The notes below the pieces were generated by a model. That model was not told where the DNA came from. It saw only the letters and a list, made by a program, of their open reading frames with translations, and made no database searches. Made by a program: the position numbers and the translations under genes. A stretch of DNA of 64,000 nucleotides, taken from assembly GCF_020745735.1 (NCBI RefSeq), contig NC_083448.1, forward strand, positions 8,864,006 to 8,928,005. Reading direction: 5' to 3'. Position 1 is the stretch's first letter. Each line of letters starts with the position of its first letter. Below, piece by piece: positions 37,090-51,270 of this stretch. Source of the stretch: Hemiscyllium ocellatum. Taxonomy: Eukaryota.

Positions 37090-38225
37090 ATGTGAACTTG
37101 AGTAAGTTGTTCGACAAGGTTCCCTATGGGAGACTGGTTCGTGAGGTTAGAGCTCATGGTATACAGGAAGAACTCTCCATTTGTGTATAGAGCTGGCTCA
37201 CAGAAGACAAGGTTGTGCTGGAGGGTTTTTCAGATTGGAGGCCTGTGACAGTGGATTGATGCTGGGTCCACTACTTTTTTGTCATTTCTGAAAATGATGA
37301 TATTGGATGTGAACATACAAGGTATAGTTTACTAAGTTTTTTGCAGATTACACCAAAATTGCAGGTGTAGTGGACAGTGCAGAAGGTTACCTCTGATTGC
37401 AATGGAATCTTGATCAGATAAGCTAATGGGCTGAGCAGTGGCAGATGGAGTCTTAGATAAGTGCAAGGTGTTGCATTTTGGGAAAGCAAATCTTCATACT
37501 CCATCGCAGAACATACACTGAATGGTAAGTTCCTAAGAATCCTTGGAGTGCAGGTTTATCGTTCTTTGAAAGTGGAATCTCCGATGGATAGGATAGTGAA
37601 GATGTTTGATATGCTTTCCTTTGCTCAAAGTGTTGAAGACAGGAGTTGGGTTGTCATGTTGCAACTGTACAGAATATTGGTCTGGCCACTTTGGGAATGT
37701 GTGCAATTCTGGTCTCCTTCCTACCAGAAAGATGATGTGAAACTTGAAAGGGATCTGAAAAGATTTTGAAGGAAGTTGCTAGGGTTGGAGGGTTTGAGCT
37801 ATAGGGAGGGGTTGAGTAACTTAAGGCTGTTTTCCCTGGAGTGTCGGAGGCAGAGAGATGACCTTTATATAGAGGTTTACAAAATTTTGAGAGGCACGGA
37901 TTCAATGAATATCCAAGGCCTTTTCCCTGTGGTGGGGGAAGTCCAGAACTCAAGGGCATGGTTTAGGGTGAGAGGGGTAAGATATAAAAGGGGCCTAAGG
38001 GGCAACTTTTTCACTCTGGTGTGAGGGTGGAATGGCCTGCCAGAGGCAGTGGTGGTGGCTAGTATAATTGCAACATTTACCCATCCAGATGCCTTGTATG
38101 TGAATAGAAAGGGTTTGTAGAGAGATGGGCTGGGTGGTGGCAAGTGGGACTAGATTGGGTTGGAATATCTGGTCAGCATGGATGAGTTGCTCTGAAGAGT
38201 CTGTTTTTGTGATGAACAGCTGTGA
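37090..38225 (+). mobile_element. CR1 LINE 3' half, degenerate
   Basis: RT and C-terminal fragments (FDKVP, QLYRILV.P..ECVQFWSP, EGLSYRE) plus 3' UTR. Confidence 0.85.
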
Positions 38226-38589
38226 TCTTGATATTTGCTGCCACGAAATGTCTGGCTGTTGTTTGGAAAATGTTTAGACAAAGCCAAGTTGTTAACCCTC
38301 TTCAGAGGTGTGACCTGAACTTGGGTCTCATGCCTCTGACATAGGGATATGACCATAAAAGCCTTGCTGTGTATAACTATTGGATATCAGGGTCATCAGA
38401 GATGGTATTTAACATGGGGGCAAGGTGGTGCTCTAACCTGTCCTCATTCAGAGGACAGATACTACCACTGTTGGAACATTACTGGATTTGAATGCACTTC
38501 AAGTAATGTGAAATGATCCATTGTCCACTGGTTTTTGCCAATCTTCATAGGAAGTTAGGTATGTGATTGAGTTCTGCTGAGATATTTGT

Positions 38590-39330
38590 ATCATTGATTA
38601 TCTAAGGGTGAGGTACTGGAAAATGGGGGTGGTTAATAGTTGTTTAAGGTGGTAAGGAAAAGCCAGGGGATATCCTAGTTAACCTGATGTCATTGGAGAA
38701 GATTGAGGGACATGCTTTTCCAAATTCCAATTAATCAAGGAGTGATTGGGGATAGTCAACAGGGCATTGTGCAGGGGAAATTGCGTTTATAGAAATGACG
38801 ACACAATTGAAGGGTGACTGGATATCTTGATCAACTGCAGTGGTAGACTGGTTAGCAAGATTCCATCATATGGAATCCTGAGTGAGCTAGCCCTTTTGGA
38901 TACAAAATTAGCTTGAAGGGAGAAGACCAGCGTGATGGAGAGTTGTTGTCAGACTGGAGGCTGTGACCAGTGGTGTGCAACAAGGATCAGTGCTGGCTCT
39001 ACGGCTTTCCATTATTTGTGTGATTTGGGTGTGAATGTCCGAGTAAGTTCGCAGATGACAGCAAAATTGATGGTGTAATGGACAGCAATGAAGGTTACCT
39101 CAGAATAACAAGATCTTGATCAGTTGTGCCAATGGGCTGAGGAGTGGAAGATGAAGTTTAATTTTTGGTAAATGTGAAGTGCTGCATTTTGAAAGGCAAA
39201 TCAGGGCCGGACTTATGCACTTAATGCTAAGATACAGGGAGTGTTGCTTACCTAAGCACCCCTGGGATGCCGTTCATCATTCCTTTTGAAGGTGGAGTTA
39301 CAGGTAGACAGGGCAGAGGAGAAAATGTCT
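38590..39330 (+). mobile_element. CR1 RT fragment, degenerate (continues ~40110-40400 after a Penelope insertion)
   Basis: SKFADDSKI-like DNA at ~39045 and GV.QGSVL motif. Confidence 0.7.
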
Positions 39331-39374
39331 GGAACAAGAGTTACAATGACTGACTTTGCAGCTGTTAAGGATGT

Positions 39375-40092
39375 TGGTTATGCTGCCTCTTGTAAAAATG
39401 CTACCTTATTGCCAATTCCTCTATCTGTGCCAAGGATGACCAATTCCACCACAGAAAATCCCAGATGGCCTCGTTCAAACACTGCAGTTTCCCTTCCGCT
39501 GTGGTCGGCTGTGCTCTGTAGCACATGCCCTTCACTTCCCACACCTCTGCCCTTGAACCCTACCCCTCCCAATGCAACAAGGCCAGATCCCTGTTATGTG
39601 CCTACCTACCTGCATATACATTGCATCATCCTCCTCCACCACCTCCAAACAACAGACTGCACTACTTGGTCTATATTTCCCTCCCACCCTTATCAGCATT
39701 CTCGAGAGACCATTCCCTCCCTACCTGCCTTGGCAGAAGAATGCCTATGGCATTAATGTGGATTTCACTAGTATCCTCAATTTCTTCCCCCTCCCCTCCC
39801 CTTTAGCCTAGTCCCAAGCCTCCAACTTGCCACTGCTCTCTTGACCTAACCCTTATCTGTTTGCTCTACCCTCCTTTCTGACCTTACACCTTCTCTTCCA
39901 CCTACATCTACTTATTGCATTTTCAGCCACTTTCTCTCTTCTCTCCATCCTGCCTCCTTAGCCCCAATTTCCTCCTGCCATGTATCTCTCAGCCACCCAG
40001 ACCACAAGCCTCATTCCCCATGAAGGCTTTATGCCTGAAACGTTGATGTTACCTGACCTGCTGTGTTTTTCCATCTCCACGCTCGACTCTAC
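39375..40092 (+). mobile_element. Degenerate Penelope-like element (RT C-terminal region plus pLTR)
   Basis: DNA resembling the SCKNA.PY.QFL..CAKDDQF thumb region, a C-rich tract, and a decayed hammerhead tcattccccatgaaggctttatgcctgaaacgttg at ~40011-40045. Confidence 0.65.
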
Positions 40093-40934
40093 CTGCCATT
40101 CAAAAAAAAAGTTTTGAAAGGATACCGACAAGCTTTGCAAGGATATTGCTGGGAAACGAGAGGTTGTATAGCCTATTTCCTCTGGAGAATTGGAAGCTGA
40201 CTTTAGAGAGGCTTATATAATCATGAGGGGCATGGATTGAGTAGACAACCACCATCTTTGCCCAAGCGTCGGGGAGATGAGAAAAGATATGAAACGAACC
40301 GAGGACAATTTATCAGGCAGAGCATGGTGTGTGTGGAATAAATTGCCAGAGGAAGTTCCAGGGGCTCGAACAATGAGACATCGTTGAAAAAAAAACCCAG
40401 CGTGGGAACATAACTAAACGGCTTTAAACGGCTATAGGCTGAATAATTTCCTATGCATGAGGTCCACCTCAATGGTAAGCATTATGGCTGTGTGGTGGAT
40501 CAAAATAGCAGAATAGGCGTTGCACTATCTCACGCTTATCAATCCAGAACAGAGGTACGAGTCAATCAAACCACTTCCCTCTGCCTTTTCACGTACAAGC
40601 GGCAAGCAGCAGCAAAAGAAACATTGCCGGAACGCGCAGTCTTCCTGAAGAAATACAACCTGTCCATGACCTGAGATGGATCTCCTGCGCTATCACGTCA
40701 GAAAATTATCTGTGTATCTGTGCCTATTGACCATTTACAAACGTGCTGGTGCAGGCCAAGCACAAAACCTCAGACATCCCATCTCCACTTTTACGCTGTC
40801 TCGATCCAGCATTGGCTTGTTCACTCACAACTGGGATGGAAGAATGATTTGGAGATGCCGGTGTTGGACTGGGTTGTAGAAAGTTAAAAATCACACAACA
40901 CCAGGTTGTAGTCTAACAGGTTTAATTGGAAGCA

Positions 40935-40969
40935 CACTAGCTTTCGGAGCGACGCTCCTTCTTCAGGTG
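40935..40969 (-). ncRNA. Minimal hammerhead ribozyme motif in a Penelope-type repeat (repeat spans ~40846-40972)
   Basis: CAC-CUGAAGA-A-GGAGC(GUC)GCUCC-GAA-AGCU-A-GUG. Confidence 0.7.
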
Positions 40970-41389
40970 ATAGTCATGGAAAAAGGTCGTCATCTGTACC
41001 GATGAGTCTTCAAAGACTCCCTCAACGGCGGCGGCTACGGTATTTAAAACTTCACAGTGACTAATTATTGGACGTTGTTTGATCATGGTGAATGGTGGAG
41101 GTTTTGTTCTTGACATGACGTCTGCTATTTTGCAGTTCGGCGGAGTAAAGAGGATTCATTGAAATATTAAACATAGCTAAATGATCGCTAGTTGCAACAT
41201 AAATGAGATCATGTTGGTTGTCTTGGAGTGGGTGGCAGATTTGAGGGGTAGTGAAAGAAGCCTGTGGCAGCCTCATGTTGGTTCCATCGTTTATTCACGG
41301 TGTAACACGAACTTCCACGCAGCACAAACCATCTTGCTTTCCCAAGTCAGAGCCACGGTGGCTGTAATTCTCTTGCAGAAGCGCTATGA

Positions 41390-42200
41390 ACATGCCTGAC
41401 TCGCCCTCTCCCGCCGCAAGAGGTCAGGGAACGTCAAAACTGGTGACGTGATGTTTGTTGCGCGGCAACCGAAATGGAAACAGTTGACGGACAGGCGCTG
41501 GCTAATCAGCAGGGGGCTCGCCGGGGTGACGTTGGCACGGGGCAGCCAATTGGGTTCCGCCAGGGGCGGGGGTTAACCAGCCCCCAGCCCGCCTTTTGCG
41601 GACGTCAAGGAGATGTAAAAGGCGGTGGAGAATATCCTTCTGTGTCTAGTCAACGCAAGTGGAAGCATGGCACATAGCAGCTGGCTTTTTCGCAGCAGCT
41701 TGGGTAGGCTCTGCTTTCACCGCCAGCTTCACCTGAGCGGCTTGAGGTTGGTATCTTCCCCCTCTTTCGCCACCCCCTACCCCCATCGTTTCATGTCGCA
41801 GGTTGAGGATGTGGTTGCCGGTTTTGCGTGCCGTGGGAGGAGAAAAACCCATCTTTCTTGTTTGATAGGCGCCGGGCATGAGGCTGCTGATGCATGATGA
41901 AATATCTCCAGCTACTTACGCTAGAGTGATCTGAATGCCGGTCAACGTGATCCGCATTGACCGCGGGTCCCAGCATTAAACTTCCCAGGGCGACACGGGA
42001 TGAAAAATCCTCTGCGATCTGCACGTTTCCGCTCCCCTATTTCAACTCCCGCATTTGGCGTGAGGGCGAGAGAAAAAAAGTTAACGCGTTCATTCAGTCA
42101 TTCTTGGGAGTGTTGTTATTGGAGACGGTTTGTGTGTGTTGGTTTGTGCCCGCAATTTGTTTGTTGGGGGAGGGGGCGGGTTGGGGAGGTAGTGAGTAAA
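41390..42200 (+). promoter_or_regulatory. MTHFD2 CpG-island promoter and first intron
   Basis: CpG-rich; GTGACGT (CRE/ATF) at ~41443 and ~41525; CCAAT ~41546; GGGGCGGGG ~41562. Confidence 0.8.
41667..41746 (+). CDS. MTHFD2: MTHFD2 exon 1 (mitochondrial transit peptide)
   Basis: agcATGG; MAHSSWLFRSSLGRLCFHRQLHLSGLR |gttggt; Arg/Ser/Leu-rich with no acidic residues; phase fits exon 2. Confidence 0.85.
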
Positions 42201-44434
42201 AAGTTAACAACCCCTTTCAAACAGCACAAAAAGAAAGCAATCTGACCAACATTCTGTGGTAATTAGGCGAGTTCCTCTCATGAATATTCAAGTGTATTTT
42301 GTATTTGTCCGAGGACATTTTCATATTCCACCCGAAGGAATTCCGATCTTGCAGCTGAGCCAATATTTTCCCCCCCAACAAAACTAAATTTCGAGCTCCA
42401 TCGGTTTTCCATTTTTTGTTTATTGCCAAACTTTAAATCGGGTCTCACTCAGCTGTTCGTCGCTCAGTGAAGTCCCCAGTCTGATATTTGGATCCCAACT
42501 TTTATCAAGATTTTAATCCATTTCCTTTTGTACAGTAATAGCGAATGGATTGTAAGAAGAACACCTCAAAGATTATATCGTTGTTTGGGCATCGTTTTTG
42601 TTTTGCATGTGAACTTGCATGAACATATAGATTTTCAGATTACGATTTTATGGCTCTGGATGAAACCATGGTACTCAATGGAAAACTCAGTGCAGAGCAA
42701 ATAATTGCATTAGCCAGTGCTATTGATTTGTCAGAAGGTTTTTGATTAAAAGCTTGTGTTGAAAACTCATTCTGTTCAAGACATAGTAGTGCAGTCCTTA
42801 TTTGACGATCTCTAATTGCCATCCTTTTTAAGTCCACGGGCTTCTTTAAAGGTAAGCTTCCAAATAACAGCTGCCGATTCTAAATCTGGAGGTTGGACAG
42901 TTCTATCGGTTTCCAGGAACCGTGAGTTACACTGCCGAGAAAGATCTATGTGGCTCCAGTTCACGGAGAAATCTAAGAGTGTTGAAATGCGTAAAACGTC
43001 ATTTTTAGTTAGTGAAGTGACTTGGTAAGGGATAGTTACAATCTTTGCCATGGATACTTCAGCTCTTCATGCACAAAACACCTGTATTTAACCATTTCTT
43101 TTACCGTGCATATAATTATATAAGGGCGATCGTTTCAATAATTGCTATTTGATTTGCAATCTTCAATTACAGTTAATATCATAATTAAAATTCATGATTA
43201 ACTGTGTTGAATACTGAAAAGTTAGCTGAGTTCATGGCAAGCTTCCTCATTGTGATTTTAAGCATGCATACCTTTGTGTTTGCAGCAATGTCCCTCCAAC
43301 ACATTCTACTGGGAGTAACTGTTCCTTTTTTTGTTTTTGGAGAGTATTTTGTTTGAATGACGAGGGCTGGTAATTACATGGGCATATTTGGAATCAAGAA
43401 ATTATGTAGTCCAGCATTTTTGGTGCACCCTAAACCTAACCGATAATCTAAGATTCATCTTCAATTCACTCTGTCTATCTAGAACAAGAGGTTTTTAATT
43501 GGAGGTCAGCACACTGAAGGTTGTATTTTCAAAGCCATTGTTAAAGTATCAGGAAAGATGAGTTTCCTTATCTGTGTGAGAGTACAATACCACCCAAAGT
43601 TTGTCAAATGTCCTCTGAAGGGTTGACGTGTTTTGATTTGTTGCAGTGTCTGCTCGTTTCCCTGTTCTAGCTTCCAGAAAACTCGTGCTAAAAAGCACGA
43701 AGATGTAGATGCTATGCTTTTTCGAAAGTTACTCTATTTTCGCCATCTTGGAGTATTCTATTCATATTACCCACTTCATTCACCGGGTTACCTTTCTTCA
43801 CCTTTTCTCAAGCCCTGGTTTGCTATGAAATAGGTATTGCAAGTGCTAGCAGCCACTTACTCCTATTACCAAAGTGGCTAGTTAAACAGCATTGCCTGTA
43901 GATCATTGAACACTTAAACATTAGAATCCGATTTGATCTGGTTCTCATCCCAATTCCGTAGACACAGTTCCAAATCAGGTCTTGCAGCAGGGATCCAAGC
44001 CAACCTTTGTCTTTTCAGCTGCTTCACTGAGATTAACTGTGGCACCACAATCTTGCTATTGAGCTACAGATTGAGAATTGCATGTGCGTTGCACTTTGTT
44101 TATAATTCTGTTTTGCTTTTAAATATTTAAAGCAGATTAAAAGTAGATCCTATGTTTCATATCCCTTCACGACACCTTAAAGGGAGTGATATTATGTGAT
44201 TGACTTTCTTCCACTTGCTGCACAAGTTGACAATCAACTGGAGTTATGGTTCGCATCAGCTGTGATGGTCAGACTTGCAATCCAATGACCTATTTGTCTC
44301 GCCCACCTGTTCCAAAGGGTTTTTATGAACATCTTGGATAAATGTGACTTGAACCTTCGTGTCCTTCCTCAGATAGGATCAGTACCACTACACTGCAGTG
44401 AGCCCCAAACATGTCATGTGTGTATAACTATATA

Positions 44435-45382
44435 GGCGAAAGTGAGGTCTGCAGATGCTGGAGATCAGAGCTGAAAATGTGTTGCTGGAAAGGCGCAGCA
44501 GGTCAGGCAGCATCCAAGGAGCAGGAGAATCGACGTTTCGGGCATAAGCCCTTCTTCAGGAATGAGGAAAGTGTGTCCAGCAGGCTAAGATAAAAGGTAG
44601 GGAGGAGGGACTTGAGGGAGGGGTATTGGAAATGCGATAAGTGGAAGGAGGTCAAGGTGAGGCTGATGTCAGGAAGATGATTGCAGGCTGGAATCCTTTC
44701 TTCCCTCCAAGGCCCCAAGGGATGCTTCCATATCCACCACAAATTCACCTGCATTCCACAGACATCATTTTACTGCATCAGCTGCACCAGATGTGCCCTC
44801 CTCTATATTGGGGTGACAGGCCGCCTACTTGCGGAACATCTCAGAGAACACCTCTGGGACACCCGGACCAACCAACCCAACCACCCCATAGCTCAACACT
44901 TCAACTTCCCCTCCCACTCCACCAAGGACATGCAGGTCCTTGGACTCCTCCATTGCCAAACCATAGCAACATGACGGCTGGAGGAAGAACGCCTCATCTT
45001 CCATCTAGGAACCCTCCACCCACAAGGTATGAACTCAGATTTCTCCTCCAGTTTCCTCATTTTCCCTCTTTTTCCACCCCCTCCCCCGCCCCCCGCCAAC
45101 CTTGTCTCAGTCAAATCCCTCAAACTCAGCACCGCCTTCCTAACCTGCAATCTTCTTCCTTACCTCTCCGCGCCCCCCCCCCTCCATGCCGGCCTATCAC
45201 CCTCACCTTGATCTCCTTCCACCTATTGCATTTCCCAAGTCCCTCCTCCCTACCTTTTATCTTAGCCTGCTGGACACACTTTCCTCATTCCTGAAGGAAG
45301 GCTTATGCCCGAAACGTCGATTCTCCTGCTCCTTGGATGCTGCCTGACCTGCTGTGCTTTTCCAGCAACACACACTTTCAGC
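44435..45382 (+). mobile_element. 5'-truncated Penelope-like retroelement with inverted pLTRs and a GIY-YIG remnant
   Basis: Inverted arms ~44469-44665 and ~45195-45382; internal FTC..YCISCTRCALLYIGVTGR..EH..IAQHFN..EERLIFHLGTLHPQGMN (GIY-YIG, with a stop); TSD tgt(a/g)taactatata at 44421-44434 and 45383-45396. Confidence 0.88.
44528..44563 (-). ncRNA. Minimal hammerhead motif in the left pLTR
   Basis: AUUC-CUGAAGA-A-GGGC(UUAU)GCCC-GAA-ACGU-C-GAUU; the right-arm copy (45287-45322) has core CUGAAGG. Confidence 0.65.
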
Positions 45383-45892
45383 TGTGTAACTATATAAGTA
45401 GTTACTGCATTCAAGGACTGCACAGATAAAAGTTGCCATTGTTGTCCCAACCATGAGTTTCACTTTTATGTTAGCTGGATCGTGTATGCACCCATAGAGT
45501 CAATAGAATGCATATGAGCCAAATCTGTCTCGTGGTGGTGTCTAGAACTTGAGAAGATTTTCAAAACCAAGCTGTATAATTTTTAAGACTGAGCATTTGT
45601 TTCTTTTTTGATCTGAGGAATTTTTCTAGCCAGAAATTGATGGAGGCTGAGCCACTAAATTGGGCATCTTTTTATTACACAAACGAGGCTGGAGTTAAGA
45701 CCCTAATTGGGTCAGCAGTGGTTTTACTGTGCGGTAAACAAGCTGAAAGACCTATTCCTGCTTCCAATTCCTTTCTTCCTGTTAAGGTATTCATGTCATG
45801 TTAGAAATGTTATGACTAATTTGGCCTCCAAATGAAAACTTTCAATCTACATTTTCCTTGAGCTTATTTTTATTGGCCTATTTTAATTTCAG

Positions 45893-46077
45893 AAATGAGG
45901 CAGTCGTCATCTCTGGAAGAAGGCTTGCGAGGCAAATCCAAAGAGAGGCCAAGGTTGATGTGGAGAACTGGGTTGCTGATGGCAATCGGAGACCACATCT
46001 CAGTGTTGTTCTAATTGGAGACAATCCAGCCAGTCATTCCTATGTGAAAAACAAAACAAAAGCTGCTGCTGATGTAG
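45893..46077 (+). CDS. MTHFD2: MTHFD2 exon 2
   Basis: tttcag| NEAVVISGRRLARQIQREAKVDVENWVADGNRRPHLSVVLIGDNPASHSYVKNKTKAAADV |gtatgg; 185 nt. Confidence 0.96.
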
Positions 46078-48558
46078 GTATGGATTTCAATGTATTGTGT
46101 TCATTTTTATCCAAGTATTCTATTTCACACAACACCAATGATGAAAGAAATCCCTTCAGTTTTAATGTCAGTTGGAATTTAAGACACTTCCTGCCATTAT
46201 GAAGAATAGATTTTGTCACTTGGGAACAATGACAATATCATTTGGCTATCTTTTTAAGGTGGTGTTACGAAGGAATTTTAACCAGCAACCCTCATTCCAT
46301 TGTTCCTGAAACGTACATAAGGTGTGGGGTTTTGTGGGCAAGTTTTTCACAGACTAATCAAGTTTTCAGAAAGCTAATGATTATAGGATTTAAATTCTGT
46401 GTAACTTTCTGATAAGTGTGACTCAAGCCCTAGATTCTGATCATTAGATTATAACAGTTAATATTGATTCTTATTCAATGTTTCCTGAGGTTGGTCAGGT
46501 GACCATTGCAACTATCTTAAGTCAATGTTTTCCTTTTTAAAACTAGTTTAGTCTATGAACGATCCCAGGTACTAGTAGCATCAGATGATGGTGGTATAAA
46601 ATTGTCATCTGGGTTTCACCACAGCCAGAACATTATCAAGTAAATGTGGTAACTTCCATCTGGAGGCCAAAAGCTGCTTTTGAAGTGAGCCAACTAAGTT
46701 TAAATGAAATAAATTTTAATGTGCTTTTTGACTGTACAAGGGGAAGAAAAGATCAGGGGGTTTAGGTGAGGAAAAGATGAGTATTTATTTATTTATGGTT
46801 TGCAATAATAGTATCTTCTTAAAAATAAAACAACTGACTTGCTTAAAGGTATAGTTTTAGATCGGTACTTTGTAACTTGGCAAATGGCAATCATGTCAAT
46901 TCTAAAGGACTTTCAATTTAGACACAGGTTTGTGCCAAAGTTAGTCCACAGTGACATATGTTACTGTGGACTAATTTTGAGTGCTCAGATCTCCTGCTTC
47001 CATGTCTGTGTTATTCATTCCTGTTCTTGGTAACTTTAATTTAAAAATCTCATTGGTGCCTTTAGTAGCTCTTGACTTGTCTACTCCAACATATCCTGAC
47101 GAGCCTTGCTAATTCTAGCATCCATCCAATACCCTCTTAAACTTGATATCTTTAGAAACTCTCTCTAGCCAAACTCTTGGCACCCCTGTTTTTCTATCTG
47201 CCATATGCTTAATGACCTATACTGGCTTTCACATTAGTGATGTCTTGACCTTTAAACCATTTTTCCCTTTTTAAACCATTTTCAGGTCTTGCAGTAGTCT
47301 TCTAATTCAGGGTGTCTGAGCAATCCCAACTTGAGCTGTGCCACTGGTGATGGATGTGCCACTTTATGACTATTGATCATTCTATTGATATCACTCATTT
47401 GTTTAATATCACAGTTTGTTTTTTCTGGACATTGCTGTGTGTAAATTGATTGCTGTATTTCTGACGTTGTGACAGCACTACACTTTGTTTTAAAAAAAAG
47501 AACTTTAGCTGTCAAAAAAATGCTGTAAGAAGTGTTGTCAAGCTTTCTTCTTCAAAGAAATACAGCTGTTGTTATTCCCTTCCTCCCAACTTCTCCACAA
47601 ACACTTGATTTGATTTGGTTCATGTTTCTATTTTAATGATACTTAGCTTTCCCGATAGCTCAGTGCGAAGCTGAATCAGGCACAGGGACAAGATTGCTGA
47701 TTCATTCCCCTTCTGAGCTTGCTGCAAACAGTTGGAGAGGTGGCCCCAAGTGAGAAGAGAAAAATCAGCTTTTGATGTCTGTATAGTGAATGATGTGCTA
47801 AAGGAGTGACTCGGTGGCTTTTGAGTGTGGCCAGGCTCTGGTGTGTAAAGTGTGTGTAGCCGTAGCTCTTTTTCTGAAGGTACATGTACGCTGACTGTAT
47901 CCAGAAGCAAAAAATGAAGAGGAATATCTTGGGAGTAGGCTCATGTGACTGGAAGTCCACTAACCATGGTTCTGAAGTGTTGAGGTGACTTCAAGGTCCT
48001 TTGTTGATAGCCTTTGAGAATCTTGTTCTGTTTTGGGCTTGTTTATGATTTTCTATAACAGTCATTTAGTTTGGTTCCTTGTTTTAACATTCTTAGGGCT
48101 ATCTTTGGCTTTCATTTGTCCAGTTATCTCACATTTGCTACCTAGCACCCCAATGCATTCCATAGTTTTCACAGTATCAACGGAGTTTTCTTTTTGTCAT
48201 ATTAACGTCTCCATTTTCTCTGCATCAAGTTTTCAGAAGTGCCACATCTCCAATCACTTCTTTGTTTTGACGAAACTTTGTCAAACTGAAACATGAACTC
48301 TGTCCCTATCTCCATGCTATCAGACCTTTAAAAGCATGTCTATGATCTTGTTATATTTCAGTTTTCCAACCTGGGCAATGCTTTGCTTTGCTTTACTTTA
48401 CCATACCTTTTGCTGACGAAATTTTGACAGACTTGAGTTCAGGATAACAATAGGCAATAATATTTGGTAGAACAGGCTGGTATGATCATTGACTGACAGT
48501 GCCGATTTGAATTTTGGATGTTTCATTGTAGTAATAGTTATTTTGCTTTATTAAACAG

Positions 48559-48681
48559 GTATCACAAGTGAGACCATTCTGAAACCAGCCAGCATCACTG
48601 AGGAAGAAGTACTCCAGCTGATTGATAAGCTCAACAATGATGACGAAGTTGATGGTTTGCTTGTACAGCTACCTCTGCCTG
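48559..48681 (+). CDS. MTHFD2: MTHFD2 exon 3
   Basis: aaacag| GITSETILKPASITEEEVLQLIDKLNNDDEVDGLLVQLPLP |gtaaga; 123 nt. Confidence 0.96.
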
Positions 48682-51270
48682 GTAAGAGTTTGGTACTCGA
48701 GTGAACTCTTGTGTTTGATCTGAATACTTCTATTTAATCAAACAAACATGTTTTGTTTTTCTTTTTGGGCTGTTTTTGAGTTATATTCAAATCAATTATT
48801 TGAGTAGCTGGAACATATAGCTGACAAATTTTATCATACCTAAAGAAATGCTTAAATGAATAAAGATTTCTCCACATTTTCTTAACAATTCTGTTAAATT
48901 CAAATCTAGTTTAAAACAATTATCGCTTAGTTTGTCACATCAAAGATGTTATAGTGCAGCACAACTGAAGTTAGTTATTGGACAAAAAAACTGCAAGGAC
49001 TTGGTTTGAAAGCTGTTTTTTTTTAAAATAAAATTGGAATTCCATGTTGAGAAGGCCTTTTTTGTATGATTCAGAAATAGTTTTAACCACTTGCCTTGGT
49101 GAACCCATTTTTTTTAGGTTGTGTGCAGCTGGAGTTTTGATATCTGAGAGATACTCTGACTTGCATGCAAGGCAATTTTCATTCCATGACACGCCCAGCT
49201 CAAATGTTTGTTTATTCTTTATCAGTTTGTTTTCTACATTTTTGAATATTGCATGTGAAAAGGTTGTTAACTGTGCCTTACATGAAGTAATACATCTGAA
49301 GATGTTTTCAAGACAGCGTGAAGCCATCTGATTAATTGTCAATGTGCAGGCTCACTACCAGCTTAGTCCAGTACTAACTGGTCTGCTTCTTGCCCCTGTT
49401 GCAACTTTGATCAAAGATGCAATCAACATTTCCTCCGTTCTTATTTCATTCAGTAATTCTGATGTCATGGAATTAATTTAGTCACTTGGTAAAAGAGACT
49501 TTTCCTCATCGCCACCATGTATCCGGATGCTCACTTTTTTCTAATATAAATCGCATTAGATTAAATAGCATGTGTTTATGATTTTGACCATTGGTGCTGT
49601 TTGCTACGTCACTGCCTAAAAGATCAATAGCAGTCTTTGTCACTGTCCAGTTGCAGACCTGGGCACATGTCAAGAGCCAACCATAGGCATTCCAATAATT
49701 AGGATTTTTATGCTCCAGATTTCCCAAAGAAACTTAGCAAATGTATTTTCGTCCTCTTTCCCCCAAGAATATTATGAAACCAGATCATATCTTTAACAGT
49801 CTGTAAACAGTTGAATTGGAACACCCAGACTGACTCTTTCCTGTCTTATTTGCACCACCCTGTATGGGAATATAAAGATGTCTAAAAGTTGTATTGAGAT
49901 CCACGTGACCAAACTGTGAATAGAGGTGCTCGGATGCAGGTATTTCTTTGTAAAAGACCTGTTCTTAATTTAAAAGGGGGGGGAAGAAAGAACATTTGAC
50001 AACTGATTTTTTTTAAAGGAGAAATCTTCCTTCAGGGGTCCCAACCCAGAAACTGTCATTTGTGACTGATTTTTCAAGTGTAGCATGTCATGATCGCTAA
50101 AACAGGAGTCAACTAAAAAGAACATTCAATCCAGCATCATGTATCTCAAAATTTAGGGCTAAGATGAGTAATTCCTTCGTCCAATGGGTGACGAATCCTT
50201 TTGAGTTCCCTCCCTCCCCCTCAAGAGAACTTTGAAATGTTGGTCATCACATTTCGGACAGGAAGAGAAAAGGAAATCCGAGATGTGAGATTCTTCAGGG
50301 ATATACAGATAAGCTGAGCTAGATGATCACCCATGATAGAATGACTGACTGAAAACACTTGAATAGCTGAACAGCCACCCTCTATTTTCCGATTAATACC
50401 AAGGAACACTTACCATACCGGTCAATGTCCAAAATTAATGGTAGCATATTATGCTCAGGGAGCTGACTGCAAAACTGGTGGAAATGCTTTATCTTGCTGT
50501 GGTCGTTGAATTTTCCCTCTTCCCATTGACTACCATTTACTATTCATCAGTTGATATTTTGCAAGTGAGGGGAATGCATTGGAGATGAAGTTTTAAATGC
50601 CATTGGCAGATGAGAAGAAGACATGGAGCAGAAGAATTGCTTGACTAGTATTACCAGTTTACTGTACCTCATGGTACTTTGGGATTGCTACTTCACTGCC
50701 TTTTGATTTATTGCTATCCTATTGAATGTCATCCTGCTATTAAGAACCGAATTCTGCTTTCTTTAACATTTGTATGTAGTAAAACTGAAGTTTAAAATAC
50801 AGTAAAACCATCTTTAGCATTTTGAGTATTATTCTTCAGTTTTTCTCTTGAAACCTGTGGTGAAATCGTTGTTTCATTCTGTTGTGAGAGTAGTGGAACC
50901 TGTGCGAATATTAAAAATCTCACGTCTACGACACAGTAACAAATCATTTTGGCCCAAAGGGTCTCTGCCATATACATGCTTACAATTTTTTTCACTTTTT
51001 TCATTTCAACAATCAACATGTCCTTCTATTTCCTTTCTGCCTTGTTCTTTTCCTCCTGGTCACTTTAAAAATCCAACAGCTTTGGAAGCAATGGTTGCAA
51101 TGTTTAGAATAACATAGCTCAGTTTCATGCTAATGAAATTGGAACATGCTTCATATTATATACCAGTTGGAATCTTTTCTTTTATATTTTAAAAAAAAAC
51201 AAGTGATACACATTGGCTCTTTGTACTGCTAATTTACGCTTGTAAATGTTAATTCATTTCATTTTCCTAG

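Noticed and set aside
44641-45294. 217-aa Pro-rich ORF
   Set aside because: Off-frame read of the C-rich Penelope remnant
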